A DNA stretch of 64,000 nucleotides from Paraspadella gotoi (GCA_051294375.1 CM119267.1:22445486-22509485); one strand, 5' to 3'. Numbered from the stretch's first letter, positions 13,610 through 25,294 are shown. Made by a program: numbers and translations. Notes: generated by a model from the letters alone, not told the origin.

Positions 13610-15905
13610 CTAGGCGTACGATTCGTTCAAAAGTCCCAGGTCAAGCATCACGGGGAGCTCGATGTCCATGATCTCCGGCTCCTTTCCCTGCTCGCTCTTC
13701 AAAGCGACGGCGGTGAAGTTGCGGTACTCGTACTTAAGAGCAAAGGAGGCGAGTACGCGCCCGCCGCGCTCAACGGCCGCGCGGGTGGGCGTTACCTAGG
13801 AGATGGAGGACTCGCGTGAAGAATTTCATTTTAAATTAAAACAAATATATACAAATATAAATAAATATACAGCGTTTTCTGACCTGTACTGCGACGCCGA
13901 CCTTGTTGGCCTTGCGAAACACGATCTCGGAAAAGTCGGGGGCTGCGGGTGAGGGGGAAGTAGAGGCGGTGGAGGCCACGTCGTATTCGCCGGCCTCGTC
14001 TCTAGCGCTGAGGAGAAACTCGCCGTGGGGCAGAGCAACGATCGACGTCGCCGGATTCTCGTCTTCTGTTAGTTTTTCGGGGGGAAGAAAATTTTGAGGA
14101 GGAAAAATGAGCTTTTTAGGATTTGTCAATTTTCGTTGCATCGATACAGGATATAGTTGAATCCGCGTTGAACCAGCATATTTTTTCTTACATCGTTTCT
14201 CATGTCTCACGAGGTTAGTCGGTTAAGAATCTTATCAACATGTTCTGGAAAAACCTTGTTTTCTTGTTTTTGAAATTTCTAATAAATTAATATTTAACGT
14301 ATATACCTAAAATATTGAACTTAATAGAAAGAGACGAAATTATTTTTTTGCTATATAGTATATGTCGGGAGTAAATATTATTCTAAGGTAGATTACTATT
14401 TTCTATTTTCCACTAAAAGGGTGAGATTACTGCATTTTCGGAATCTAAATCAAAAGAGGAAAAGAATGATGATCCCACCAAACCTGGCAAGTCGAGCGGG
14501 ATCAAAGAACACGGAACGGGTCGCTCCACGGGATTGGTGATGGTGACGATGACCTCGGAGGATCCGTCAGCGCGGAAGGCTGGCGGCGCCCTGACGCGCA
14601 CTTCCGGCACGTGATGCATAGCAGAGTAGCAGATTTTGAACTTGATCGAAGCGGCGTTGTACTCCGGCTTGAGCACGTTATGAACGCACTCGCGGCAACG
14701 CAGCGACCGCTTCACTTGCAAGTGTTTCTGCAGCGGTTGTAGTTGGGACCGGGAAATTGGCTGCACCTCTGGCACGGCCAAGCGCTGTTCCAGCGTACAC
14801 ACTTGGCTCAAGTTGAGCGGGAGCGTATAAATGTCGGGCGGGAGCGGCTCAACCTCGCTCTTGGCCTCAGCTCGGGAGATCTCGACGGGCTTTAACTCGA
14901 GAGACTTGGCCTGTTCGGGCGACCCGCGGATATTGAGTGAGGTCAGGGCCGAGGTGAGGCCAGCCCGACGCTTGGCCACAACCGAGGTCAGACCATATTT
15001 GTCCTGCAGGAGCTTGGACGTTCCGCGTTTACGCGACTTGCGCCGATCCTTCTCCGCTTTCTCCGCCGCCACCATTTGGCGATAATAGGCCAAGAGGTCG
15101 CAGATGCGACGCTCGTGGATATTTTCACGCTCGGGCCAGGCGCCGTTTGCCACGGTCTGGTCCGGGATTCCAACATCGCGGGAACTCCAACGACAAAATC
15201 CGCAGGATAAGTAGTAGACCTTAATGGAGTAGAACAATTTGATTTAAATGTTTTTGTAAAGCTATGATTACATTATGGCAACAGCCGGGTTGCCTGTGAT
15301 ACCCATTGGGATGGGGCATCTCACTGTTGGTTTGGGGGGCTTCCGACCCTCAGGGACGCCTCCTGTCACTGGCGCGGTTACCCTAGGACGGTTTCGCTTT
15401 GCCAACGCAGAGGGAACTCGTTAGGACTGTGGATGGAATGCAACGCTTGGGATGGTGCGTTCCCCCTCTAAGCCAATCCGATTGGCTGAACGATGGTGGA
15501 TGTGAGGCGGTGTGAATATTCCGCCACAACATTGGATTTCTTTCCGTTTATTCAAACTTACTACTTTCTTTCTTCCCCAACCTTTTTAGATCCGGCGGGG
15601 GTCCGAGAACCCGCGTCGGTAGACTCGTCCAACGACGGCGCGGCGACGGAGAAGTTGGAGGCCCTCGTGGAGAGGGTGTGTCCGCATGAGGGGCAGTCGT
15701 AGCAGATTCGGCATCGATTTTTAACCATCTCGTTTCCGACGAGGTCGAGACAATGGGGGCAAAAGCGCGAGTCCACTTCGTGGCTGAGTGCATCGAGTGA
15801 GCGGAGTTTAGCGCAGTAACGACAAAAGTAGAGCCAACACAAAGGATGCCATTGGTTATCGCTAGAGAGATATTTGACGCGATCAACTTCCAGATAGGTC
15901 GACAT
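13610..15905 (-). CDS. DCTN4: Dynactin subunit 4 (p62)
   Basis: Exons 15905-15582, 15219-14484, 14065-13884, 13795-13610. LYFCRYC..LRS...SHEVDSRFCPHCL, CYDCPSCGHTLSTRA, YYLSCGFCRWSSRD, KRSLRCRECVHNVLKPEYNAASIKFKI, IVFRKANKVG. Confidence 0.95.
15274..15528. mobile_element. 255-bp structured insertion element with 4-bp TSD (ACAT) in DCTN4 intron 1
   Basis: ACAT|TATGGCAACAGCCGGGTTG...TTGGCTGAACGATGGTGGATGTGAGGCGGTGTGAATATTCCGCCACA|ACAT. Both ends are shared with the copy at 21348-21410. Confidence 0.75.
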
Positions 15906-15963
15906 GATTTCAGTTTCTTGCGCCGGGATGAAGATGGTTTTTCGCTATGAATTTTTTTGATGT

Positions 15964-16335
15964 TTAATGTTTGACTGCGACGGTAGAAGAGGGCGCGGCG
16001 ATTTCTTCTCCTTCCATAAAATCCTCGGCGTCGTAGATGACCTTGACGATCAAAGAGCAACTGGGACAAGTGGCCACCTCCTCTCCGTCGCGTAACTGAG
16101 AAGAGAGATTCAATCGAATAAACTATAAGATTGTACTACAAAATATTTTCGATCTTCATCCTGTTATATATTTTTTCAAATCCTCACTCTCGCCGGACAC
16201 AAAGTGAAAACCAGGACTCGCCTGCTCCAAGGTGATCTCGAACCGATCGCCGCACGGGCAAGGGTAGTGGTAGGTCTCTGTTTCTTCGTCAAACTCAAAG
16301 TCTTCGATCTCAACTTCGTCGTGAAAGGTTGTCAT
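15964..16335 (-). CDS. DPH3: Diphthamide biosynthesis protein 3 (CSL zinc finger)
   Basis: [38 protein letters not shown] joined to [22 protein letters not shown]...VKH* across one GC-AG intron, 16221-16096. Confidence 0.96.
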
Positions 16336-17125
16336 GACTCTGGGTGCCACGTCATGGCGAATCTGGATCGACGACGAAAAGACGATAAATAGAGGCGAAA
16401 TCGGCGGAATGAGACAGAGATGCATAATGACACGAATTGACAATAATTCGATCAGTAATAATCATTAAAAAAAACCGAAATTTTATGAAAGACAGAAAAA
16501 CAGAAGGCCTCTCTCTCCCATGAAATGTTTTCATTCCTTAATCTGATTAAGTGATAATTTTGACGGGTTAAAAAAAGGACCCGGCGAATGATTGGAATGA
16601 ACAGCGATAACAGTTTACGTATGTAGATGAAAATAACTAACTTTTCGGCAAACGATCAATAAAACATCTAAGCCGAATCTAATGGCTATTCCTCCTGTAA
16701 CTTATTCAGTTTTACAAAATTCAATTTAATTTTAACAATGGGGTACATCGTAAATGGCTTCACAAATTTTATTCACAATTTTTTATTCTTAGAGCCAAGA
16801 AGTCCCGTATCGACAATTCGACATTTGAGAAAAATATTCTTGGATTTCGAGATGAGATTTTATTCTGATAATAATGGTGATGGCGAGATACGCGGAGGAG
16901 TCTTGAACAATGCTACTGAAATTAAAACATGCTCGGGTCTATTTATAGCTTATGGAGATGATCGGCGACAAGAGTGATTTTGGCAGTTTTAATAATTTTG
17001 CAAGCTGATTGGTCGATTCCGGTTCCATCTCGACCAATTAGGTTTTGGCGATTCCATTCTTAACACTCCTGCGATGCTATTATTTAGACTTAACAAAAAA
17101 ATTGTCCTCCCTCTTCATGTCCACG

Positions 17126-19558
17126 TCAGTTCCCGTTGAGCAAAGGACGCTCTTTACCTATTAACAACAACTCCCCTACATCCCCTGGGGATACAACTCC
17201 CCTAGGGTACCGCGGATTCTCCACAACCCCTTTGCCGAACTTTAACTCTAAAAATTGGCGGACGTCGTTGGGGGCGGCGACGCTAATTCCGGCGAACGGG
17301 ATCCTCGACATCGGGAGTAGAAAACGCTCGGGAAATTCGACGTCCTGGCGGTGGGTCGGCATCCAATAGTCCTTGGTCATCACCCCGCGTTTCTCGTCGA
17401 GGTAGAAAGGAAAGAGGTCGACGTGGAGCCGGTTCGAGCGCGAATACTGCACGCGGAAAAAGTCGTTCTCTCTGGCGCGCTCCCACACGAAGCCGTCAGC
17501 GTCTTCATGGGCGCCGTCTTCCCATGCGAGGACGAGCTGACGGCAGAGGCGAAAGTCGGAGAGGTAGATGCCAAAGTCGACGTCGTAGTCCCAGGGGATG
17601 ATGTCACCGTTGCGGGCGGCACCTAAGTTTGGTGTGGAAAGACGATTGAGAATATGAAATTGATAGATTAAACGTTTGTTTCGACTCATTCTCGGGCGAC
17701 TCACCGAGCAATGAGCCACCTTCTAGCCAATAGCGAACCCCTGCCTTCTCCAATGCGGCAACGACATGGCGCGTCGTTTCACGAAGTTTCTCCAGACAAC
17801 AGGGAGGCGTCCAGCGGCCCTCCTCCACGTAGGAGGGGTTTTCGTCGTCGACGATCGTGGGGAAACATCGAGAAGATTCGCGGGTGCAGCCGAACCATTC
17901 TATGGACGAGGGTGACGAGTCAGACAAGCTCTGTTGGTAGACCTAGGGTTTGACGGAATAAATGAATTATCAAATAATCATTTGTCATTTTGTCCTGATA
18001 GTATTAATATTTAAAAAAAAAAGCGTTCTTCGCTTCCAAATTAATTTAGCTTCAACAAATTGTAAATAGAATCCTATAGAAATTTTGTTCAATGCAAATT
18101 TAGTTAAAAAGAATTTAGAACCCGGATGAAGAAGAATCTCGCCATTTCCGAAACGGCAAAAATGAAAGAGGGGATATACCGTCTCGATAACTCGTTGATT
18201 AACATGAACAATCGCTCCACGATCAATGAATCCCACCTCTCTCTTTATCCCAAGAGCTCGGTAGAGCTCCTTCTTTCTCTCCCGCTCCAAGGTCTTATGT
18301 TTCCACCGGTTGTGGGCGTCGACTAGAGGCGTCCGAATGACGCCGAACCGGAATCGCGACTCGAGTCGGACGACGAGGCCACGCAAGGCGCTCTGCACGT
18401 TGAAGGATCGAAGGAAGGGACGAGCCATCGGTCGCGAAAAGTTAAGCAGCGTCGTTGTCTTCATGAAGAGCGCCACCTCTCCGTCCAACTCGTCCACGGC
18501 ACCCGAGCGGCAGTCGTGGGGATGGGAGAGCGGAGAAGCCTCACCAACTCTGGTAAGCGTCCAGCGATGAGTAGAGAAAGTAAGGTTGACGCAAGCCAAA
18601 TCGTTTTCGCGAGAAGAAAGACCGACGGCGACCACGTCGACGCCGCTGTAAACGGAGCGCCGGAGAGTTCCTGAGGAAGATCATGATTAGTGATTAACCC
18701 CTTTTAGAATTCTGTTCTTTACAATGTTTTGTTATACACCTCTTTTTCTCACCGACTAAAAAGTTCTGCACGTGATCCCTCTTCGTGATCATGGCCCCAT
18801 CGGGCAGAATGAGAACGTAATTCGTGTTAATGACCCGTTCCAGGTGATTGGACAGATAGTCCTCGTCGGGCAGCGGTTGTAGCGTGATCAGTCGGACCGA
18901 AGGTCCGGGCGGGAGTTTGAGTGGCGGGTAAGGATGTTTGTCGGCGACGACGACGACGGGCGCGCCAGGGAGGATGTGAAGGACAGAGGCGACGGTGGCG
19001 GCGACGGCGTTGTCGAAATCCTCGAACTCGCGGACGAGGACGGTCACTTCATTGGAGGAAGAGCGGGTGGCGCCTGGGGGCGAAGAGGAAAACAATTAAA
19101 GGGATGTCGTTTGAATCATTCCATATACGTTTATGCACGTATGTTTGTGTTCAGACTTTGTTGCACATTCATTTGCTAATTATTTCAAGAGATTGAGTTC
19201 GTCATTCTAATTTGCATATTGTCGTGTTCTGATTAGGTTTGGATAAATTTTCATTAAATTTTAATAACTAACCTCCTTATAATGTACCGATCTTGCTATA
19301 ACTTTGGTGAATTCGTTCGAACAATGAATCAGTTTTTTTAGTCAAATAAGACTAACCTTCTCCGAAACGGACATGAACCAGCGGTACAGCTTCGTCATTC
19401 TGGAACTGGAACGTCCAATGGCCGAGTCGGTAGAGCCACCAGAGAAGGAGTATGTTGAGAAAACACCCCGTCGCGAGGACCCATCGAAGGTTGCGGTGAC
19501 ACAAGAGATGAACGCGACGCCGCAATCGGCGAGCGAGGCGGGAAGGGGATGATGTCAT
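17126..19558 (-). CDS. FKRP: Fukutin-related protein (ribitol-5-phosphate transferase, LicD family)
   Basis: Exons 19558-19357, 19073-18753, 18670-18237, 17942-17705, 17622-17126. Type II transmembrane N-terminus; [73 protein letters not shown]. Confidence 0.95.
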
Positions 19559-19795
19559 GGCGATGATGGAGTGATGAGGTGATGGGAGTGCTGAGATGAA
19601 GCGAAAGAAGTAGAACCGAGATGTGAAAAAGAAAAATGGTCGACGATCGACGGAGTGGAGGAAATTGGGTGAAACGACGTGAAAAAGAAAAGGGAAAAAA
19701 GGAAATTGTGATCGACGTCTGATGTCAAGTAGAGAAAATTCGAGTGGGGATGGATGTACTAGACTAGAGTTTTTGACTTTCCACTTCGTCGAGAG

Positions 19796-20525
19796 TTAAA
19801 TTTTCTGTTGGATCTGAATCTGGAACTTGACGGCGGGCATGACGGCGATCTCGGCGGTGACGAGGCTATGGATCCCAAGGTTGGAAAGGGCGCCGCGGAG
19901 GAGGCCGCAGGCGAAGGCCGTATAGTTTGGGGCGTGAGAGAGGTATTGTTTGCCCTGCGAGTAAGGGACTAAGGGTTAATAAAGTCCATTTTTTCTTTTC
20001 TCTAGATTCCAACGAACATTTTCTTCGTTCCTCGCAATTACCTGGGAAATTTGCGTGAGAAGTTTGAACCGTTGATCCTGAAGAACGTAGACGCCCATGT
20101 GATTTGTCCGCAGGTTATCGATCTGCTTCTTGAAGACGCCGCACCAAAAGTCTTTGCAAAGGAACTTCATAATTTCCAGCTCATCTTTAAAACGCGGAGT
20201 GTCTTTAGTGAAGCGCTCGATCAACCGTTGACCCACTTGAAAGCCCAAATATTCCAACTTGGCCACGCTGTTGTGAAAAGGGACAAAGTTTAAATGTAAG
20301 GCCTAAGCAAAAAAAAACTGCATAATCAGAATCTATTAAATACGATTCCTTTCCCTTTTCGACTTTTTACCAAGTCGCCGATGCCGACTCGCCGATGGAG
20401 AGGGTCTTCAACGAATCCCCCTTGTCCCCTTTTTCGTCGGCGGATTCCTTTTCGTGTCTCAAGATTTGAGCAACAATTTCCATGTGAAGAAATTCGAAGA
20501 CTGCGTCGTTTTCCGCTAGAGCCAT
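19796..20525 (-). CDS. TRAPPC6B: TRAPP complex subunit 6 (Trs33/Bet3 family)
   Basis: Exons 20525-20371, 20267-20042, 19954-19796. FEFLHMEIV, KLEYLGFQVGQRLIERFTKD..RFKDELEIMKFLCKDFW, KQIDNLRTNH.GVYVLQD, FACGLLRGALSNLG. Confidence 0.95.
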
Positions 20526-20857
20526 AACTTGTCACTAGAAAGCCACTGAGCCAGTCTCTTTTAACCGAGGCCCATCAACGTGGCCAAAGAAAGTAAAATG
20601 TCAAGAAAATCTAGAAGAAACTTGAGAAGTGACACAATCTATTCTCTCGACGACAACACAGCGTTACGCTAGAGCCGTGAAAATATTCTAACTAATTTAA
20701 AAAAAAACTAAAGGCCGTCGAAAAAATAATAATTCTGGAAGATTCCAACGAAGTTTATTTCCTCTTGAGGAAAAAAAACCCAAAACTGGTGTTGTTATCC
20801 GTCGATCGCGATGAAGAAGATTGTCCTTTCTTCATCAAAAGTCCCGCCGCCCCGTTT

Positions 20858-22729
20858 TCACTGCACCGTCTGCTGCAGCTGCGAGATGGTGCGGAGCCGC
20901 GCGTAGACGTGCTGAAGATTGTCCCTCCAGGCGTTGAGGCGGTGGTGAAGCTGCTGCCACTGCGCCTTGCCGAAAGTCCGGTGCTGGGCTCCAGAAACGG
21001 AAACCGCTTGGTTCATTTGGTCCATCTTGCAACGGACCATCTTCGATTTGATGACCTCAATGATGAAACCTGAAGGGAAAGGAGATGGTAAAAGACGATT
21101 GAATCTAAAAACATTTCTTGGCTTTCCGACGACTCACTCTCGACGTCTTCGGCGCTGAGCTGCAATTGCAATTGGATGTCGGCGAAGGAGATGATCTTGG
21201 AGTCGCCCGTCGACATGGACATGAAAGTCAGAATGCGCATCTTGTGGATGTTGGCTTCGTGACTGAGACCCAGAGACGTGACGAAATCCGAATTGGTCGC
21301 GTGGAACTCAAGGTAATTCTAGAGATGCGAAATAAAAAAGAAAATGATATGGCAACAGCCGGGTTGGCTGAACGATCGTGGACGTGAGGTGGTGTGAATA
21401 TACCACCACAATGACAAGAAATGACACGGAATTTCAATTTCCTTTCCGCATCCCCACTCACTTCCGCCGCCTCCACTTCCTTCAAACCTGCAGGGTCCCG
21501 CTGACGAAGATACCGAGAAGATCGTGGATGAGTTCGCCCTCGAGGAACTTGACCGGCTTGAGGAGGAGGAGGTGATCGAGGAGAAATGCGTTCTTATCGC
21601 CGACGCAAGTGACGATGCAGCGGTGGGCGTCGTCCCGCGCGTGCGACGCATCCTCGTCCGAATAAGTCGCCAGCAGCTCCAGCATGATCTTCGTCGAGAG
21701 TTCGCTTTGATGGCCGGGGGAAGAAAAGAGAAGAGTTTGCGAAAATAAGTGAAAAAATTAAATACAGGAAAATATTTTAAGACCACTCATACAAGATCTT
21801 CGTTTACCTGTAATTCGAGGCCACAAGGGCGTGGTACAGGGCTCGAAGGAGGGACTGCTTTTGCTCCGTCGACAGATTCCACGTTCGAACCCATTCTTTC
21901 ACCTGAAGACGAACGCAATCAACATGTGAAAACCACTGCGATCAACAATACTAAAAAATACAAAACGCTATAATGACCTCGTTAACTTCGTGAGGAATGA
22001 GGTCGACTTTTCCAGCTTGGCCTGAAAGGTTGACCATGGCCATGTAGACGTAGTACCGCAACGAGCTGACAGGCGGCAAACTGAGGACGAAGTAGATGAA
22101 GTTTATGGAAAAAATGATATAAAGGTATAATCGGGGAGTTTATTTGAAAAGGAATTATTATAAATTCTTCCGGAAATATTTTTCGGTTTTAGGACCCACA
22201 CTTGCCTGTGGAAAAGGTTGGAGAGCAAACGCAGTCTTGGATGAAAATTTTTTTCGGAGGAAGGAACCTTTTGGATCTTTTCACAAAACGTAATAACCAT
22301 GTTCTCGATCTTGAAAAACAAAATAGATAAATAAAATAAAATAGCAACAAATCAAAGGACGCCTTCGTTCGCTACAAATATTCACTCACTCGGTCGGGCG
22401 GCATGATGAGGATGAGACTGATGAGGCTGTTGAGGGCGGCCTCGGCGTCGGACTCGGACGACGCCGACCAGGCTTGACCAGAGTTTTCCACAATGCTGTG
22501 GACGTTGGAGGGAAGACCCTCTTCCGGACGATATTCCTCTGTGGATCAAAGGCATTAAATAAAACTTATATTATTTTAAATAACAACAGCAACAACAACA
22601 ACGCTCACCCGAAACCTCGGCGCCCAAGCTCTTGAGAAAGGAGAGGAGTTCGGCGGCCTGCTCGGCCTCGGTGAGGTCGACGAAGGCTGGTATCGCCGGG
22701 GCAGATTGAATTGGCGGCATTTGACTCAT
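20858..22729 (-). CDS. EIF3M: Eukaryotic translation initiation factor 3 subunit M (PCI domain)
   Basis: Eight exons: 22729-22609, 22538-22390, 22309-22206, 22080-21978, 21902-21808, 21705-21488, 21318-21138, 21069-20858. [21 protein letters not shown]...[51 protein letters not shown]. Confidence 0.95.
21348..21410. mobile_element. 63-bp short copy of the same element, 4-bp TSD (ATGA), in an eIF3m intron
   Basis: ATGA|TATGGCAACAGCCGGGTTGGCTGAACGATCGTGGACGTGAGGTGGTGTGAATATACCACCACA|ATGA. Confidence 0.75.
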
Positions 22730-22933
22730 TGTGTCGATTGTTTTCAAAGTTTCTCCTAGGATTATGGAATCTGTTTTAAATATAATTAAAATATACAAAA
22801 AGGTAAAAAAGAAAAAAGTAATAATGTACCATAAAAAAGCGCACGAATATTTCGTATAAAATTTTGTATAAAATTTGTTATAAAAAAAGTTGAGCGAAAA
22901 GGCGCTCAATCAACGTTCACAACGTCCCCACCC

Positions 22934-23812
22934 TCAAATAAAAGTAGCTTCGAGTAAATCTAAGGCGGTTTCGGGATCAGCGGCCCGCAGCTGTTTCCAT
23001 CCGTCGGTTAACCTTACGGACACCATGTGATTCTTCAAAAAATTGGCGCAACGAGAGGTCAAAGTCTCGAGGGAATAGAGACCGCCCATGCGGAAGAAAT
23101 CGCAGACGTTGTTAACGTCGACGTATCGGTCCATCAAAGCGGCGCAGGCTTCAACGAGCGGGTCCAAGCACCACTCGTGGGCCTTGGGTAAAACTTCCGG
23201 CGCCAAATTGGATTCTTCGTCGCTCAAAAGGGCGCCTCCGTAAAGATAACGCAAAATGGCTTTAAAGCCTCGAGCGCTCACGTCGACCAGCTCTATCTCT
23301 TGTCCGGTTTCCAGACGAAACATTCCGTCGAAAAACGAGCTTCTGGCCGCCAATATTCCGCGATGCGCACAAATTTTTGCGCCATCTACAAGAAACACCA
23401 CGTCCGACAACTTGGGGGATTCGCAAAGCTCTAAAAAGGCCTGAGTGACCGACGGCTCGGGATCGAATAATTCGAGTTGGATCGCAAGACGAAAGTCGTC
23501 GCGACATACGTGGGAGGGCACGGACTGACGTTCGTCCCTTGATGTCTGTGAGAAGAACCATATCGGCTTGGTATCGTCTCCACGGTAAATAGAGATTTGA
23601 CAAGACTTGAACAAAAACGAAATTTGGGAAAAAACTTGGAAATCCTTTCCGTTGAATGCAATTCGAATCTTTACGACGCCGGGAGACGTTTGGAACGAGA
23701 CGCTTCGGTTGCGGAATGAACACCAGACGTCACGATGGCCGTTGACCGTCATTTCTCCGGAATAACTCTTCCCAGGGAGAGACGAGCGCGAACCGGAAGA
23801 AGAATTGGACAT
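22934..23812 (-). CDS. BTB/POZ-domain protein (SPOP-like C-terminus, divergent N-terminus), apparently intronless
   Basis: SDVVFLVDGAKICAHRGILAARSSFFDGMF...IELVDVSARGFKAILRYLYGG, followed by BACK-like helices. First ATG at 23812 (the ORF track starts at an upstream TTG). Confidence 0.85.
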   Translation of the reverse strand: MSNSSSGSRSSLPGKSYSGEMTVNGHRDVWCSFRNRSVSFQTSPGVVKIRIAFNGKDFQVFSQISFLFKSCQISIYRGDDTKPIWFFSQTSRDERQSVPSHVCRDDFRLAIQLELFDPEPSVTQAFLELCESPKLSDVVFLVDGAKICAHRGILAARSSFFDGMFRLETGQEIELVDVSARGFKAILRYLYGGALLSDEESNLAPEVLPKAHEWCLDPLVEACAALMDRYVDVNNVCDFFRMGGLYSLETLTSRCANFLKNHMVSVRLTDGWKQLRAADPETALDLLEATFI

Positions 23813-24119
23813 AGTGACAACTGACTCGTCTTTTTTTTGGGTAAAGGCAAAATTCAAAATGGTTAAATTGGAAGGGAGATTAATCGATCTACATTGAACC
23901 GTATGACTGGGGTAAAAATAAATTCTTAAGACAAAGGGTCATTCAAATCAACTTTTAAATTAGTCAAAATGAAAGATTTGATGCATTCTATGCCATTTTA
24001 TATCAATTAAAATTATAATATAAAATAAAAGAAACCTATCTGAAGAGTTGCAGGTCAAACGAAAAAGCCAATCCGTCTGATATTTTTTATGAATTTTTTA
24101 TTAGTGAATTAGAAAAATG

Positions 24120-24233
24120 TAATAGAGAGACATTTTGAAATTTCAACTTACATCCTTGAAAACAAAGTGTTTTTAAACATTGACCTTAAATTCCTCCTAA
24201 CTGGAATACTTTTCTTAAAATGTCTCTCTATTA
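24120..24233. repeat. 17-bp inverted repeat pair (MITE-like remnant)
   Basis: TAATAGAGAGACATTTT (24120-24136) / AAAATGTCTCTCTATTA (24217-24233). Confidence 0.55.
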
Positions 24234-24718
24234 GTTTTCTATAAATGTTTTTAAGATTCCTAAACAAATTTTTAATTCAAAATTCTTGCAGTCGTTTAGG
24301 ATGCAACTCTTCAAATACAGCTCGAATTTCTTTACCATCTATTTAACCAAAGATTTTGTTCACAATTGGCAATCCAACCGAGTGACAATATTAACTCCCA
24401 CCAATTTGAATTCCAGCGTTTTAAGAATTGTTTTAACAAAACCTTTACGGCTTATAGAGAACCAATTTTTTCTAAAAATAGAAAAATACACAAATTCAAA
24501 ATATTCAATAATTGATAAAAGTCGACTAATAATAGAATGTTATATGTATAACACTAATCTCAAATTGGTGACCATAAAGCAATTGTTTAACATTAAACAA
24601 ATATACATTTTCGCGTCATGGAAAGTTTATAGAAGAACAGAAATATTTATAAGCTAATGTATGGTATATTGTAGTAGAAATAAAAACTAGTCGTCTGCTT
24701 CTGTTTATCTTTTCTTCT

Positions 24719-25294
24719 TCAGAGTCGAATCCTGAAGGAAGTCAAGAAATCTGGGGCCTTCGACACGACGTGCTCGAACTCGGCGAAGGAGAGCTTCCGG
24801 TCGTCGTCGAGATCGGCCTCATCGACAACGTTCTTGACGACGACGCGCGTCTCCTCCGCCGAGAGTCGGTTCTCGGCGCCGAGAAGGAGCTCCACGACTC
24901 CGGCGATGTCGGCGGGTCCGATGACGTCGTCGCCGTCCAAGTCGTAGACGCGAAAGGCATACTCGGCCTTGAGGGATTTGGGAGCTCGATCACTCATCAC
25001 CGACATCATGTCGAGAAAGTCTTCGAAGGTGAGAGCGCCGTCGGGGCGAGACGAGAAGACGGCGCACAACCTCCTTCCGAATGGGTTAACGCGCAGTTCG
25101 TCCAGCGAGGCGACGTTATCCAGCGGGACGGCCGCTTCAGCTTTTCGGGCGGCGATGTCGCGACGGGTTTCGTCGTCGGGGACGACGTTGAGAAAACGAT
25201 TAAAGGCGTGAAGAATTTCCTTTTTGGTAAAGTAGGTCAGATCTTGGTAGAGATCGAGCTCCGCGGCGGTAAAGGCGCTGCTGGAGTTGCCCAT
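24719..25294 (-). CDS. CIB1: Calcium- and integrin-binding (CIB) family EF-hand protein, intronless
   Basis: MGNSSS myristoylation motif; YQDLTYFTKKEIL, ELRVNPF..RLC.VFS, LTFEDFLDMMSV, YAFRVYDLDGD, EADLDDD..LSFAEFEHV.SKAPDF. Family assignment is firm; the paralogue (CIB1 vs CIB2/3) is uncertain. Confidence 0.9.
   Translation of the reverse strand: MGNSSSAFTAAELDLYQDLTYFTKKEILHAFNRFLNVVPDDETRRDIAARKAEAAVPLDNVASLDELRVNPFGRRLCAVFSSRPDGALTFEDFLDMMSVMSDRAPKSLKAEYAFRVYDLDGDDVIGPADIAGVVELLLGAENRLSAEETRVVVKNVVDEADLDDDRKLSFAEFEHVVSKAPDFLTSFRIRL

Noticed and set aside
15375-15430. Hammerhead-like CTAACGAG...CGAAAC (minus strand) and HDV-like GCCTCCTGTCACTGGC in the 255-bp element
   Set aside because: The core is CTAA rather than CTGA, and I could not form stems I/III or the HDV pseudoknot.
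20380-20395. Additional GC donor (G|GCGAGT) in TRAPPC6 exon 1
   Set aside because: Wrong phase; the GT donor at 20370 restores the frame and the conserved Cys before VAKLE.
21348-21410. Intronic snoRNA or tRNA interpretation of the shared element
   Set aside because: No C/D or H/ACA boxes and no TpsiC arm; 4-bp TSDs on both copies favour a mobile element.
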